Positions 46,548 through 58,228 of a DNA stretch of 64,000 bases are shown here, piece by piece; position 1 is the stretch's first letter; every line of letters begins with the position of its first letter. This DNA comes from Escherichia coli 042 (GTDB lineage: Bacteria; Pseudomonadota; Gammaproteobacteria; Enterobacterales; Enterobacteriaceae). The position numbers were made by a program, and so were the translations under genes. The stretch lies in assembly GCF_000027125.1 (NCBI RefSeq), contig NC_017626.1. One strand, written 5' to 3'. The notes under the pieces were generated by a model. The model saw nothing but the letters and a program-made list of their open reading frames with translations, did not search any database and was not told where the DNA came from.

Positions 46548-46912
46548 ATTGAACTCCATAATCAGGTAATGCCGCGGGTGATGGATGATGTCGTAATATT
46601 GGGCACTCCCTTTCAGTTGCTCAATTATGTTATTTCACACTGCTATTGAGATAATTCACAAGTGTGCGCTCGCTCGCAAAATAAAATGGAATGATGAAAC
46701 TGGGTAATTCCTCGAAGAGAAAAATGCAATAAGTACAATTGCGCAACAAAAGTAAGATCTCTGTCATAAATCAAGAAATAAACCAAAAATCGTAATCGAA
46801 AGATAAAAATCTGTAATTGTTTTCCCCTGTTTAGTTGCTAAAAATTGGTTACGTTTATCGCGGTGATTGTTACTTATTAAAGCTGTCCTCTACCTACAGA
46901 AGGCCCTACACC
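46548..46912. promoter_or_regulatory. divergent xylAB / xylFGH promoter region (expected XylR and CRP operator sites)
   Basis: 365-bp AT-rich intergenic region between divergent xylA and xylF; individual sites not resolved by eye. Confidence 0.55.
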
Positions 46913-47905
46913 ATGAAAATAAAGAACATTCTACTCACCCTTTGCACCTCACTTCTGCTTACCAACGTTGCGGCACACGCCAAAGAAGTCAAAATAGGTA
47001 TGGCGATTGATGATCTCCGTCTTGAACGCTGGCAAAAAGATCGAGATATTTTTGTGAAAAAGGCAGAATCTCTCGGCGCGAAAGTATTTGTACAGTCTGC
47101 AAATGGCAATGAAGAAACACAAATGTCGCAGATTGAAAACATGATTAACCGGGGCGTCGATGTTCTTGTCATTATTCCGTATAACGGTCAGGTATTAAGT
47201 AACGTTGTAAAAGAAGCCAAACAAGAAGGTATTAAAGTATTAGCTTACGACCGTATGATTAACGATGCGGATATCGATTTTTATATTTCTTTCGATAACG
47301 AAAAAGTCGGTGAACTGCAGGCAAAAGCCCTGGTCGATATTGTTCCGCAAGGTAATTACTTCCTGATGGGCGGCTCGCCGGTAGATAACAACGCCAAGCT
47401 GTTCCGCGCCGGGCAAATGAAAGTGTTAAAACCTTACGTTGATTCCGGAAAAATTAAAGTCGTTGGTGACCAATGGGTTGATGGCTGGTTACCGGAAAAC
47501 GCATTGAAAATTATGGAAAACGCGCTAACCGCCAATAATAACAAAATTGATGCTGTAGTTGCCTCAAACGATGCCACCGCAGGTGGGGCAATTCAGGCAT
47601 TAAGTGCGCAAGGTTTATCAGGGAAAGTAGCAATTTCCGGCCAGGATGCGGATCTCGCAGGTATTAAACGTATTGCTGCCGGTACGCAAACTATGACGGT
47701 GTATAAACCTATTACATTGTTGGCAAATACTGCCGCAGAAATTGCCGTTGAGTTGGGCAATGGTCAGGAACCAAAAGCAGATACCACTCTGAATAATGGT
47801 CTGAAAGATGTTCCCTCCCGCCTGCTGACACCGATCGATGTGAATAAAAACAACATCAAAGAAACGGTAGTTAAAGACGGATTCCACAAAGAGAGCGAGC
47901 TGTAA
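46913..47905 (+). CDS. xylF: D-xylose ABC transporter periplasmic binding protein XylF, 330 aa
   Basis: ORF track 46835..47905; start placed at ATG 46913 (MKIKNILLTLCTSLLLTNVAAHA signal peptide). Confidence 0.95.
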   Translation: MKIKNILLTLCTSLLLTNVAAHAKEVKIGMAIDDLRLERWQKDRDIFVKKAESLGAKVFVQSANGNEETQMSQIENMINRGVDVLVIIPYNGQVLSNVVKEAKQEGIKVLAYDRMINDADIDFYISFDNEKVGELQAKALVDIVPQGNYFLMGGSPVDNNAKLFRAGQMKVLKPYVDSGKIKVVGDQWVDGWLPENALKIMENALTANNNKIDAVVASNDATAGGAIQALSAQGLSGKVAISGQDADLAGIKRIAAGTQTMTVYKPITLLANTAAEIAVELGNGQEPKADTTLNNGLKDVPSRLLTPIDVNKNNIKETVVKDGFHKESEL

Positions 47906-47982
47906 GCGTTACGCCCCGGCGAGGAGCGGGGGCGTGATTTCTCTCCATGCCGCGTGAATGAATTGGCTTAGGTGGAGTCGTT

Positions 47983-49524
47983 ATGCCTTATCTACTTGAA
48001 ATGAAGAACATTACCAAAACCTTCGGCAGTGTGAAGGCGATTGATAACGTCAGCTTGCGGTTGAATGCTGGCGAAATCGTCTCACTCTGTGGGGAAAATG
48101 GGTCTGGTAAATCAACGCTGATGAAAGTGCTGTGTGGTATTTATCCCCATGGTTCCTACGAAGGCGAAATTATTTTTGCGGGAGAAGAGATTCAGGCGAG
48201 TCACATCCGCGATACCGAACGCAAAGGTATCGCCATTATTCACCAGGAATTGGCCCTGGTGAAAGAATTGACTGTGCTGGAAAATATCTTCCTGGGTAAC
48301 GAAATAACCCACAATGGCATTATGGATTATGACCTGATGACACTACGCTGTCAGAAGCTGCTCGCACAGGTCAGTTTATCCATTTCACCCGATACCCGCG
48401 TTGGCGATTTAGGGCTTGGGCAACAACAACTGGTTGAAATTGCCAAGGCACTTAATAAACAGGTGCGTTTGTTAATTCTCGATGAACCGACAGCCTCATT
48501 AACTGAGCAGGAAACGTCGGTTTTACTGGATATTATTCGCGATCTACAACAGCACGGTATCGCCTGTATTTATATTTCGCACAAACTCAACGAAGTCAAA
48601 GCGATTTCCGATACGATTTGCGTTATTCGCGACGGTCAGCACATTGGTACGCGTGATGCTGCCGGAATGAGTGAAGACGATATTATCACCATGATGGTCG
48701 GGCGAGAGTTAACCGCGCTTTACCCTAATGAACCACATACCACCGGAGATGAAATATTACGTATTGAACATCTGACGGCATGGCATCCGGTTAATCGTCA
48801 TATTAAACGAGTTAATGATGTCTCGTTTTCCCTGAAACGTGGCGAAATACTGGGTATTGCCGGACTCGTTGGTGCCGGACGTACCGAGACCATTCAGTGC
48901 CTGTTTGGCGTGTGGCCCGGACAATGGGAAGGAAAAATTTATATTGATGGCAAACAGGTAGATATTCGTAACTGTCAGCAAGCCATCGCCCAGGGGATTG
49001 CGATGGTCCCCGAAGACAGAAAGCGCGACGGCATCGTTCCGGTAATGGCGGTTGGTAAAAATATTACCCTCGCCGCACTCAATAAATTTACCGGCGGTAT
49101 TAGCCAGCTTGATGACGCGGCAGAGCAAAAATGTATTCTGGAATCAATCCAGCAACTCAAAGTTAAAACGTCGTCCCCCGACCTTGCTATTGGACGTTTG
49201 AGCGGCGGTAATCAGCAAAAAGCGATCCTCGCTCGCTGCCTGTTACTCAACCCGCGCATTCTCATTCTTGATGAGCCTACCAGGGGTATCGATATTGGCG
49301 CGAAATACGAGATCTACAAATTAATTAACCAACTCGTCCAGCAGGGTATTGCCGTTATTGTCATCTCTTCCGAATTACCTGAAGTGCTCGGCCTTAGCGA
49401 TCGTGTACTGGTGATGCATGAAGGGAAACTAAAAGCCAACCTGATAAATCATAACCTGACTCAGGAGCAGGTGATGGAAGCCGCATTGAGGAGCGAACAT
49501 CATGTCGAAAAGCAATCCGTCTGA
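47983..49524 (+). CDS. xylG: D-xylose ABC transporter ATP-binding protein XylG, 513 aa
   Basis: ORF track; duplicated ABC ATPase domains. Confidence 0.95.
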   Translation: MPYLLEMKNITKTFGSVKAIDNVSLRLNAGEIVSLCGENGSGKSTLMKVLCGIYPHGSYEGEIIFAGEEIQASHIRDTERKGIAIIHQELALVKELTVLENIFLGNEITHNGIMDYDLMTLRCQKLLAQVSLSISPDTRVGDLGLGQQQLVEIAKALNKQVRLLILDEPTASLTEQETSVLLDIIRDLQQHGIACIYISHKLNEVKAISDTICVIRDGQHIGTRDAAGMSEDDIITMMVGRELTALYPNEPHTTGDEILRIEHLTAWHPVNRHIKRVNDVSFSLKRGEILGIAGLVGAGRTETIQCLFGVWPGQWEGKIYIDGKQVDIRNCQQAIAQGIAMVPEDRKRDGIVPVMAVGKNITLAALNKFTGGISQLDDAAEQKCILESIQQLKVKTSSPDLAIGRLSGGNQQKAILARCLLLNPRILILDEPTRGIDIGAKYEIYKLINQLVQQGIAVIVISSELPEVLGLSDRVLVMHEGKLKANLINHNLTQEQVMEAALRSEHHVEKQSV

Positions 49525-50683
49525 AGTGAAATTGGCCGTACCGACATCCGGTGGCTTTTCCGGGCTGAAGTCACTGAATTTGCAGGTCTTCGTGATGATT
49601 GCAGCTATCATCGCAATCATGCTGTTCTTTACCTGGACCACCGATGGTGCCTACTTAAGCGCCCGTAACGTCTCCAACCTGTTACGCCAGACAGCGATTA
49701 CCGGCATCCTCGCAGTAGGAATGGTGTTCGTCATAATTTCTGCTGAAATCGACCTTTCCGTCGGCTCAATGATGGGGCTGTTAGGTGGCGTCGCGGCGAT
49801 TTGTGACGTCTGGTTAGGCTGGCCTTTGCCACTGACCATCATTGTAACGCTGGTTCTGGGACTGCTTCTCGGTGCCTGGAACGGATGGTGGGTAGCGTAC
49901 CGCAAAGTCCCTTCATTTATTGTCACCCTCGCGGGCATGTTGGCATTTCGCGGCATACTCATTGGCATCACCAACGGCACGACTGTATCTCCCACCAGCG
50001 CCGCGATGTCACAAATTGGGCAAAGCTATCTACCCGCCAGCACCGGCTTCATCATTGGCGCGCTTGGCTTAATGGCTTTTGTTGGCTGGCAATGGCGCGG
50101 AAGAATGCGCCGTCAGGCTTTGGGTTTGCAGTCTCCGGCCTCTACCGCAGTTGTCGGTCGCCAGTCATTAACGGCGATTATCGTCTTAGGCGCAATCTGG
50201 CTGTTGAACGATTACCGTGGCGTTCCCACTCCCGTTCTGCTGCTGACGTTGCTGTTACTCGGCGGAATGTTTATGGCAACGCGGACGGCATTTGGACGAC
50301 GCATTTATGCCATCGGCGGCAATCTGGAAGCAGCACGTCTCTCCGGGATTAACGTTGAACGCACCAAACTTGCCGTATTCGCTATTAACGGATTAATGGT
50401 CGCTATCGCCGGATTAATCCTCAGTTCTCGACTTGGCGCTGGTTCACCTTCTGCGGGAAATATCGCCGAACTGGACGCAATTGCAGCATGCGTGATTGGC
50501 GGCACCAGTCTGGCAGGCGGCGTCGGGAGCGTGGCTGGAGCGGTAATGGGGGCATTCATCATGGCTTCACTGGATAACGGTATGAGTATGATGGATGTAC
50601 CGACCTTCTGGCAGTATATCGTTAAAGGTGCGATTCTGTTGCTGGCAGTATGGATGGACTCCGCAACCAAACGCCGTTCTTGA
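49502..50683 (+). CDS. xylH: D-xylose ABC transporter permease XylH, 393 aa
   Basis: ORF track; 23-bp overlap with xylG. Confidence 0.95.
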   Translation: MSKSNPSEVKLAVPTSGGFSGLKSLNLQVFVMIAAIIAIMLFFTWTTDGAYLSARNVSNLLRQTAITGILAVGMVFVIISAEIDLSVGSMMGLLGGVAAICDVWLGWPLPLTIIVTLVLGLLLGAWNGWWVAYRKVPSFIVTLAGMLAFRGILIGITNGTTVSPTSAAMSQIGQSYLPASTGFIIGALGLMAFVGWQWRGRMRRQALGLQSPASTAVVGRQSLTAIIVLGAIWLLNDYRGVPTPVLLLTLLLLGGMFMATRTAFGRRIYAIGGNLEAARLSGINVERTKLAVFAINGLMVAIAGLILSSRLGAGSPSAGNIAELDAIAACVIGGTSLAGGVGSVAGAVMGAFIMASLDNGMSMMDVPTFWQYIVKGAILLLAVWMDSATKRRS

Positions 50684-50760
50684 TTTTGATAAAAATTTTC
50701 TCAAAGCCGGTAACGTATTACCGGTTTTGAGTTTTTGCATGATTCAGCAGGAAAAGAACC

Positions 50761-51940
50761 ATGTTTACTAAACGTCACCGCATCACATTACTGTTCAATG
50801 CCAATAAAGCCTATGACCGGCAGGTAGTAGAAGGCGTAGGGGAATATTTACAGGCGTCACAATCGGAATGGGATATTTTCATTGAAGAATGATTTCCGCG
50901 CCCGCATTGATAAAATCAAGGACTGGTTGGGAGATGGCGTCATTGCCGACTTCGACGACAAACAGATCGAGCAAGCTCTGGCTGATGTCCACGTCCCTAT
51001 TGTTGGGGTTGGCGGCTCGTATCACCTTGCAGAAAGTTACCCACCCGTTCATTACATTGCCACCGATAACTATGCGCTGGTTGAAAGCGCATTTTTGCAT
51101 TTAAAAGAGAAAGGCGTTAACCGCTTTGCTTTTTATGGTCTTCCGGAATCAAGCGGCAAACGTTGGGCCACTGAACGCGAATATGCATTTCGTCAGCTTG
51201 TCGCCGAAGAAAAGTATCGCGGAGTGGTTTATCAGGGGTTAGAAACCGCGCCAGAGAACTGGCAACACGCGCAAAATCGGCTGGCAGACTGGCTACAAAC
51301 GCTGCCACCGCAAACCGGGATTATTGCCGTTACTGACGCCCGGGCGCGGCATATTCTGCAAGTATGTGAACATCTACACATTCCCGTACCGGAAAAATTA
51401 TGCGTGATTGGCATCGATAACGAAGAACTGACCCGCTATCTGTCGCGTGTCGCCCTTTCTTCGGTCGCTCAGGGCGCACGGCAAATGGGCTATCAGGCGG
51501 CAAAACTGTTGCATCGATTATTAGATAAAGAAGAAATGCCGCTACAGCGGATTTTGGTCCCACCAGTTCGCGTCATTGAACGGCGCTCAACAGATTACCG
51601 CTCGCTGACCGATCCCGCCGTTATTCAGGCCATGCATTACATTCGTAATCACGCCTGTAAAGGGATTAAAGTGGATCAGGTACTGGATGCGGTGGGCATA
51701 TCACGCTCCAATCTTGAGAAGCGTTTTAAAGAAGAGGTGGGTGAAACCATCCATGCCATGATTCATGCCGAGAAGCTGGAGAAAGCGCGCAGTCTGCTGA
51801 TTTCAACCACCTTGTCGATCAATGAGATATCGCAAATGTGCGGTTATCCATCGCTGCAATATTTCTACTCTGTTTTTAAAAAAGCATATGACACGACGCC
51901 AAAAGAGTATCGCGATGTAAATAGCGAGGTCATGTTGTAG
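50761..51940 (+). pseudogene. xylR: xylR (AraC-family xylose activator) disrupted by a +1 frameshift near 50890: N-terminal 43 codons end at TGA 50890-50892, remainder continues in the +1 frame to 51940
   Basis: ATG 50761 frame reads MFTKRHRITLLFNANKAYDRQVVEGVGEYLQASQSEWDIFIEE then stop; ORF track 50882..51940 (352 aa) continues DFRARIDKIKDW... through a C-terminal AraC-type HTH; removing one T at ~50890 restores a single 392-codon frame. Confidence 0.8.
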
Positions 51941-51991
51941 CGATGATGAGAATTGTCGGCGTCACATCAGGTAACCCAGCACAACCACCTG

Positions 51992-52028
51992 ATACGAGCA
52001 AAAGCCTTATCCGACTGACAAGTCGGAT
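51992..52028. terminator. palindromic hairpin between convergent xylR and bax (probable bidirectional terminator)
   Basis: gccttatccgactgacaagtcggataaggc, a perfect 13-bp inverted repeat with a 4-nt loop. Confidence 0.4.
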
Positions 52029-52047
52029 AAGGCTCGAGGAAATGCAA

Positions 52048-52872
52048 TTACATATGTGCCGCGATTAACCGTTGGTTATCCTGGTACATTGCGAACAGGT
52101 AGTTGTTATAACTCTTCCCTTTGGTCGAGTAGCCCTTCAGCTTGTGAATCATCGCTGTGGCAGTCACTTCCTGATCCGCTTTACGCAGCTGCGCACGCGA
52201 TTTACGGAACGAAGAGTAAGCCGGATGCGTATTCAGGTTAGTGACATAGGCGCTCACCGATTCTTTGACAGAACTAAACTGTGAGTACCCCTTCACTTTA
52301 CCCGGCGCATTAGTACAACGTCCTTTCATGCATTTCATGCCGAACAGATTGTTGTTGTTGCGCGCCAGCTTCGACGTTCCCCAACCGCTTTCTGCTGCAG
52401 CCATCGTCGCTACCATACTGGTGGGGATAATGTCTACGCGTTCAAGCAAGGTATTCCACGGGATTTTTCGCGTATTACCAGACCACTTCACCTTGTAGCG
52501 TTTGGCGATGTCTTTCAGACGCGCACGCTCAGCAGGTGACCATTGGCCCTGATACTGTTTTGAAATCAGCCAGTTACGTTCCGCAGTAATGGCCGCATTT
52601 TGGCTGGTAATGTAAGGCATTACAGTCCGGAGAAACGCCTTTTTCCTTGGTGTTCCGGAAGGGTATTTTCGCAAATCAGGAAGTGAACTACTCTTTGCAC
52701 TATTGCGAGAATACTCTTGTTTACTGCTTACCTGTTTATTACTAGCTTTAGTTAAGTGGGACTTTTGACTCGCTGTTGTTGTGTGCGTCTTCGCTAACAC
52801 CTCACTCGAAAACACCAGAGTGAGTAACATAAGAATCATCGCCCCATATCGTCGTATGGGAGTCAAAATCAT
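52048..52872 (-). CDS. bax: Bax, putative N-acetylglucosaminidase-like protein, 274 aa
   Basis: ORF track; signal peptide and Ser/Lys-rich N-terminal region. Confidence 0.85.
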   Translation of the reverse strand: MILTPIRRYGAMILMLLTLVFSSEVLAKTHTTTASQKSHLTKASNKQVSSKQEYSRNSAKSSSLPDLRKYPSGTPRKKAFLRTVMPYITSQNAAITAERNWLISKQYQGQWSPAERARLKDIAKRYKVKWSGNTRKIPWNTLLERVDIIPTSMVATMAAAESGWGTSKLARNNNNLFGMKCMKGRCTNAPGKVKGYSQFSSVKESVSAYVTNLNTHPAYSSFRKSRAQLRKADQEVTATAMIHKLKGYSTKGKSYNNYLFAMYQDNQRLIAAHM

Positions 52873-53089
52873 CAGGTCTCCTGGTCGGATTTAATCATTC
52901 CAACACCTTATATTTTTTACAAATTTGAGAGTTGAATCTCAAATCATATCAAAAATAGCTGTCAAGAGCACCCCAAGGAATAGTCCAAATCTGAAACTAT
53001 GTCACGAGTTAACGATTCAGATTGGCGCTAAATCGCAGAAAATGTGGGGTTTATCGCAAAATTCAGCCGTTTTTTGCGCGCGATCGCTC

Positions 53090-53191
53090 ACCCTTGCTTC
53101 TCATCCTGTGGACTTAACGCTCAGGGATGAGTTTTGTCTGGCTTATCGCTGGCAAACTGTCTGAAATCGCAGCAATAAGGACTCATCCGCC
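53090..53191 (+). promoter_or_regulatory. malS promoter region with MalT-box-like GGATGA motifs
   Basis: ctcatcctgtggac, cagggatgag and ggactcatcc motifs within ~100 bp upstream of malS; malS is a known MalT regulon member. Confidence 0.4.
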
Positions 53192-55222
53192 ATGAAACTC
53201 GCCGCCTGTTTTCTGACACTCCTTCCTGGCTTCGCCGTTGCCGCCAGCTGGACTTCTCCGGGGTTTCCCGCCTTTAGCGAACAGGGGACGGGAACATTTG
53301 TCAGCCACGCACAGTTGCCCAAAGGTACGCGTCCACTAACGCTAAATTTTGACCAACAGTGCTGGCAGCCTGCGGATGCGATAAAACTCAATCAGATGCT
53401 TTCCCTGCAACCTTGTAGCAACACGCCACCTCAATGGCGATTGTTCAGGGACGGCGAATATACGCTGCAACTAGACACCCGCTCCGGTACACCAACATTG
53501 ATGATATCCATCCAGAACGCCGTCGAACCGGTAGCAAGCCTGGTCCGTGAATGCCCGAAATGGGATGGATTACCGCTCACACTGGATGTCAGCGCCACTT
53601 TTCCGGAGGGAGCCGCAGTCCGGGATTATTACAGCCAGCAAATTGCGATAGTGAAGAACGGTCAAATAACGTTACAACCCGCTGCCACCAGCAACGGTTT
53701 ACTCCTGCTGGAACGGGCAGAAACTGACACATCCGCCCCTTTCGACTGGCATAACGCCACGGTTTACTTTGTGCTGACAGATCGTTTCGAAAACGGCGAT
53801 CCCAGTAATGACCAGAGTTACGGACGTCATAAAGACGGTATGGCAGAAATTGGCACTTTTCACGGCGGCGATTTACGCGGCCTGACCAACAAATTGGATT
53901 ACCTCCAGCAGCTGGGCGTCAATGCTTTATGGATAAGTGCCCCATTTGAGCAAATTCACGGCTGGGTCGGCGGCGGTACAAAAGGCGATTTCCCGCATTA
54001 TGCCTACCACGGTTATTACACACAGGACTGGACGAATCTTGATGCCAATATGGGCAGTGAAGCCGATCTACGGACACTGGTTGATAGCGCGCATCAGCGC
54101 GGTATTCGTATTCTCTTTGATGTCGTGATGAACCACACCGGCTATGCCACACTGGCGGATATGCAGGAGTATCAGTTTGGCGCGTTATATCTTTCTGGTG
54201 ACGAAGTGAAAAAAACGTTGGGTGAACGCTGGAGCGACTGGAAACCTGCCGCCGGGCAAACCTGGCATAGCTTTAACGATTACATTAATTTCAGCGACAA
54301 AACAGGCTGGGATAAATGGTGGGGAAAAAACTGGATCAGAACCGATATCGGCGATTACGACAATCCTGGATTCGACGATCTCACTATGTCGCTGGCCTTT
54401 TTGCCGGATATCAAAACCGAATCAACGACCGCTTCTGGTCTGCCGGTGTTCTATAAAAACAAAACGGATACCCACGCTAAAGTCATCGACGGCTTTACCC
54501 CTCGCGATTACTTAACCCACTGGTTAAGTCAGTGGGTCCGCGACTATGGGATTGATGGTTTTCGGGTCGACACCGTCAAACATGTTGAGTTGCCCGCCTG
54601 GCAGCAACTGAAAACCGAAGCCAGCGCCGCGCTTCGCGAATGGAAAAAAGCTAACCCCGACAAAGCATTAGATGACAAACCTTTCTGGATGACCGGTGAA
54701 GCCTGGGGCCACGGCGTGATGCAAAGTGACTACTATCGCCACGGCTTCGATGCGATGATCAATTTCGATTATCAGGAGCAGGCGGCTAAAGCAGTCGATT
54801 GTCTGGCGCAGATGGATACGACCTGGCAGCAAATGGCGGAGAAATTGCAGGATTTCAACGTGTTGAGCTACCTCTCGTCGCATGATACCCGCCTGTTCCG
54901 TGAAGGGGGCGACAAAGCAGCAGAGTTATTATTATTAGCGCCAGGCGCGGTACAAATCTTTTATGGTGATGAATCCTCGCGTCCGTTCGGCCCCACCGGT
55001 TCGGATCCGCTGCAAGGTACACGTTCGGATATGAACTGGCAGGATGTTAGCGGTAAATCTGCCGCCAGCGTCGCGCACTGGCAGAAAATCAGCCAGTTCC
55101 GCGCCCGCCATCCCGCAATTGGCGCGGGCAAACAAACGACACTTTCGCTGAAGCAGGGCTACGGCTTTGTTCGTGAGCATGGCGACGATAAAGTGCTGGT
55201 CATCTGGGCTGGGCAACAGTGA
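53192..55222 (+). CDS. malS: periplasmic alpha-amylase MalS, 676 aa
   Basis: ORF track; signal peptide, GH13 motifs. Confidence 0.95.
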   Translation: MKLAACFLTLLPGFAVAASWTSPGFPAFSEQGTGTFVSHAQLPKGTRPLTLNFDQQCWQPADAIKLNQMLSLQPCSNTPPQWRLFRDGEYTLQLDTRSGTPTLMISIQNAVEPVASLVRECPKWDGLPLTLDVSATFPEGAAVRDYYSQQIAIVKNGQITLQPAATSNGLLLLERAETDTSAPFDWHNATVYFVLTDRFENGDPSNDQSYGRHKDGMAEIGTFHGGDLRGLTNKLDYLQQLGVNALWISAPFEQIHGWVGGGTKGDFPHYAYHGYYTQDWTNLDANMGSEADLRTLVDSAHQRGIRILFDVVMNHTGYATLADMQEYQFGALYLSGDEVKKTLGERWSDWKPAAGQTWHSFNDYINFSDKTGWDKWWGKNWIRTDIGDYDNPGFDDLTMSLAFLPDIKTESTTASGLPVFYKNKTDTHAKVIDGFTPRDYLTHWLSQWVRDYGIDGFRVDTVKHVELPAWQQLKTEASAALREWKKANPDKALDDKPFWMTGEAWGHGVMQSDYYRHGFDAMINFDYQEQAAKAVDCLAQMDTTWQQMAEKLQDFNVLSYLSSHDTRLFREGGDKAAELLLLAPGAVQIFYGDESSRPFGPTGSDPLQGTRSDMNWQDVSGKSAASVAHWQKISQFRARHPAIGAGKQTTLSLKQGYGFVREHGDDKVLVIWAGQQ

Positions 55223-55399
55223 CTTTTCCGGCTTCCCGTTCGTCAGTACCTCGGGAAGCCGCCAACCAGGATAAAATGTCAGCCCTAATCAGCGTTGCAG
55301 GATAAAGCACCGCTCACTCTTCAACAGACCGATTTGCACCCCAGCAAATGTAGCGTTATTGTTACCTTCCTTGCTACAGAGTTCGACAGATATCCCGCT

Positions 55400-56653
55400 A
55401 TGACATTCTCCCTTTTTGGTGACAAATTTACCCGCCACTCCGGCATTACGCTGCTGATGGAAGATCTGAACGACGGTTTACGCACGCCTGGCGCGATTAT
55501 GCTCGGCGGCGGTAATCCGGCGCAGATCCCGGAAATGCAGGACTACTTCCAGACGCTACTGACCGACATGCTGGAAAGTGGCAAAGCGACTGATGCACTG
55601 TGCAATTACGACGGTCCACAGGGGAAAACGGAGCTACTCACACTGCTTGCCGGAATGCTGCGCGAGAAGTTGGGTTGGGATATCGAACCACAGAATATTG
55701 CACTAACAAACGGCAGCCAGAGCGCGTTTTTCTACTTATTTAATCTGTTTGCCGGACGCCGTGCCGATGGTCGGGTCAAAAAAGTGCTGTTCCCGCTGGC
55801 ACCGGAATACATTGGCTACGCTGACGCCGGACTGGAAGAAGATCTGTTTGTCTCTGCGCGTCCGAATATTGAACTGCTGCCGGAAGGCCAGTTTAAATAC
55901 CACGTCGATTTTGAGCATCTGCATATTGGCGAAGAAACCGGGATGATTTGCGTCTCCCGGCCGACGAATCCAACAGGCAATGTGATTACTGACGAAGAGT
56001 TGCTGAAGCTTGACGCGCTGGCGAATCAACATGGCATTCCGCTGGTGATTGATAACGCTTATGGCGTCCCGTTCCCGGGTATCATCTTCAGCGAAGCGCG
56101 CCCGCTGTGGAATCCGAATATCGTACTGTGCATGAGTCTTTCCAAGCTGGGGCTACCTGGCTCCCGCTGCGGCATTATCATCGCCAATGAAAAAATCATC
56201 ACCGCCATCACCAATATGAACGGCATTATCAGCCTGGCACCTGGCGGTATTGGTCCGGCGATGATGTGTGAAATGATTAAGCGTAACGATCTGCTGCGCC
56301 TGTCTGAAACAGTCATCAAACCGTTTTACTACCAGCGTGTTCAGGAAACTATCGCTATCATTCGCCGCTATTTACCGGAAGATCGCTGCCTGATTCATAA
56401 ACCCGAAGGAGCCATTTTCCTCTGGCTATGGTTTAAGGATTTGCCAATTACGACCGAGCAGCTCTACCAGCGCCTGAAAGCACGGGGCGTGCTGATGGTG
56501 CCGGGGCACAACTTCTTCCCAGGGCTGGATAAACCGTGGCCACATACACATCAATGTATGCGCATGAACTACGTGCCGGAGCCGGAGAAAATTGAGGCGG
56601 GTGTGAAGATTCTGGCAGAAGAGATAGAAAGAGCCTGGGCTGAAAGTCACTAA
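55400..56653 (+). CDS. avtA: valine-pyruvate aminotransferase AvtA, 417 aa
   Basis: ORF track 55295..56653; start placed at ATG 55400 (MTFSLFGDKFTRHSGITLLMEDL...). Confidence 0.9.
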   Translation: MTFSLFGDKFTRHSGITLLMEDLNDGLRTPGAIMLGGGNPAQIPEMQDYFQTLLTDMLESGKATDALCNYDGPQGKTELLTLLAGMLREKLGWDIEPQNIALTNGSQSAFFYLFNLFAGRRADGRVKKVLFPLAPEYIGYADAGLEEDLFVSARPNIELLPEGQFKYHVDFEHLHIGEETGMICVSRPTNPTGNVITDEELLKLDALANQHGIPLVIDNAYGVPFPGIIFSEARPLWNPNIVLCMSLSKLGLPGSRCGIIIANEKIITAITNMNGIISLAPGGIGPAMMCEMIKRNDLLRLSETVIKPFYYQRVQETIAIIRRYLPEDRCLIHKPEGAIFLWLWFKDLPITTEQLYQRLKARGVLMVPGHNFFPGLDKPWPHTHQCMRMNYVPEPEKIEAGVKILAEEIERAWAESH

Positions 56654-56658
56654 AAATT

Positions 56659-56756
56659 GCCTGATGCGCTACGCTTATCAGGCCTACATGATTTCTGCAA
56701 TATATTGAATTTGGTAGAATTTGTAGGCCGGATAAGGCGTTTTAGCCGCATCCGGC
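56659..56756. repeat. REP/BIME element between avtA and ysaA
   Basis: gcctgatgcgctacgcttatcaggcctac and gtaggccggataaggcgttttagccgcatccggc. Confidence 0.7.
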
Positions 56757-56804
56757 ATAAACAAAGCGCACTATCCCTGCGTTGAGAAACGCCGGAAAAA
56801 CGTT

Positions 56805-57278
56805 TCAAACAGGCTGCTGCCGTAGCCGATGTCGCTGCACTTTCTCGACATCCATGCACTGCAACGCCTTTGTCGGGCAGGCTTCAACACAGGCCGGTCC
56901 CGTCGCCCGATGCCAGCACAGATCGCACTTAATCGCCCTCGCCTTTTTGCGCGAAGAAACGACCTCCATCGCACCAAACGGGCAAGCCAGCATACAGCTT
57001 TTACAGCCAATGCAACGTGATTGTTCAACGAAAATATGCCCATGTTCGCGGCTTATCGCGTCAACAGGGCAGACATTCGCGCACGGTGCATCTTCACACT
57101 GATGGCAGGCTACTGCCGTGGTCCAGCTGTGGTCTTTAATAACACGAATACGGGAAATAAACTCGTCTGGTGACAACGCAGCGCAATCCTGATTTTCCTG
57201 ATGCGACACTGCGCAAGCCACTTCACAGGTACGGCAACCGATACATTTCGTCGCATCTGCAATAATAAACCGGTTCAT
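56805..57278 (-). CDS. ysaA: YsaA, 4Fe-4S ferredoxin-type electron transport protein, 157 aa
   Basis: ORF track 56805..57284; start placed at ATG 57276-57278; multiple CxxCxxCxxxCP motifs. Confidence 0.85.
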   Translation of the reverse strand: MNRFIIADATKCIGCRTCEVACAVSHQENQDCAALSPDEFISRIRVIKDHSWTTAVACHQCEDAPCANVCPVDAISREHGHIFVEQSRCIGCKSCMLACPFGAMEVVSSRKKARAIKCDLCWHRATGPACVEACPTKALQCMDVEKVQRHRLRQQPV

Positions 57279-57379
57279 GATCACTCCTTTGCACTAAAAC
57301 AGCAGAGTGCCAGAGAGCGCGTCTCTACTGCTTTGATCCAACGAAGGAAATGTTAAAGTTTTGGCACTTGTCCAAAGGG

Positions 57380-58228
57380 TTATGTGATCGCGCCCTGGTC
57401 GTCCCTGACAGTAAATCCCAGTTCATTAGAAATAGCCTGCGCGGTTTCACGCAGTGGTTTCAGGAGATTTTTCTCCCCCACCTGTTTCAGACGTGATGTC
57501 GAAAGAGAAATCGACACGGCGTACGGCACCCGCCCATGAATATCAAACACCGGAACAGCAATACAGGAGACGCCGAGTTCGTTTTCTTCTCTGTCCATCG
57601 CCGCTCCGCTTTCACGAATGTGCGCCAGTTCGTCGAACATCGCGGGGAGCTCGGTAATGGTATTGCGGGTTAACGGCTGGATCTCATGCTGATGGCTTTC
57701 CCAGTATGACTTCACGTAGTCCGGGTGACCAAACGCCATGTAGATCTTGCCCATTGCGGAACAGTAGAGCGGCATATGCTGGCCTATATAGGCACGGGTT
57801 CGCAGCATCCCGGTTGTGGGTTCCAGCTTATAAATCAAAATAGCGTGATCGTCTTCGCGGCTCGAGAAGTTAATGGTTTCACCAGTGGCGATGTTCAGTG
57901 CCTCAAGATGCGGAGCGGCGATATGAATGATATTCAGCGAAGACAGCGCCTTCTGCCCGACGGCAATAAATTTGGTAGTCAGGCGGTAACTCCCTGCGGC
58001 GGGCGCGGTGGTCACATAGCCGCAGGATTGTAATCCCTGCAATAAGCGATGGACGGTACTCTTATTTAAACCAGCCAGCTCCGAAAGATGCGCCAACGGA
58101 CAACCGTTTGGATAGTTGCTCAAAATCTCAATCAGCATCAACCCGCGAAACAGACTCTGGCTTCCGGCTGGACGCTCTTTTTCCTGCGCCATCTCGTTCT
58201 CTTTTTTTCCCATCACTTCTTTCCCCAT
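57380..58228 (-). CDS. yiaJ: IclR-family transcriptional repressor YiaJ, 282 aa
   Basis: ORF track; N-terminal HTH, divergent from yiaK. Confidence 0.85.
   Translation of the reverse strand: MGKEVMGKKENEMAQEKERPAGSQSLFRGLMLIEILSNYPNGCPLAHLSELAGLNKSTVHRLLQGLQSCGYVTTAPAAGSYRLTTKFIAVGQKALSSLNIIHIAAPHLEALNIATGETINFSSREDDHAILIYKLEPTTGMLRTRAYIGQHMPLYCSAMGKIYMAFGHPDYVKSYWESHQHEIQPLTRNTITELPAMFDELAHIRESGAAMDREENELGVSCIAVPVFDIHGRVPYAVSISLSTSRLKQVGEKNLLKPLRETAQAISNELGFTVRDDQGAIT

Noticed and set aside
50882-51940. 352-aa ORF with a TTG start, taken as a separate N-truncated AraC-family regulator
   Set aside because: It is contiguous in the +1 frame with a 43-codon N-terminal xylR fragment that has the proper ATG and position after xylH. 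A frameshifted xylR explains both pieces more simply.
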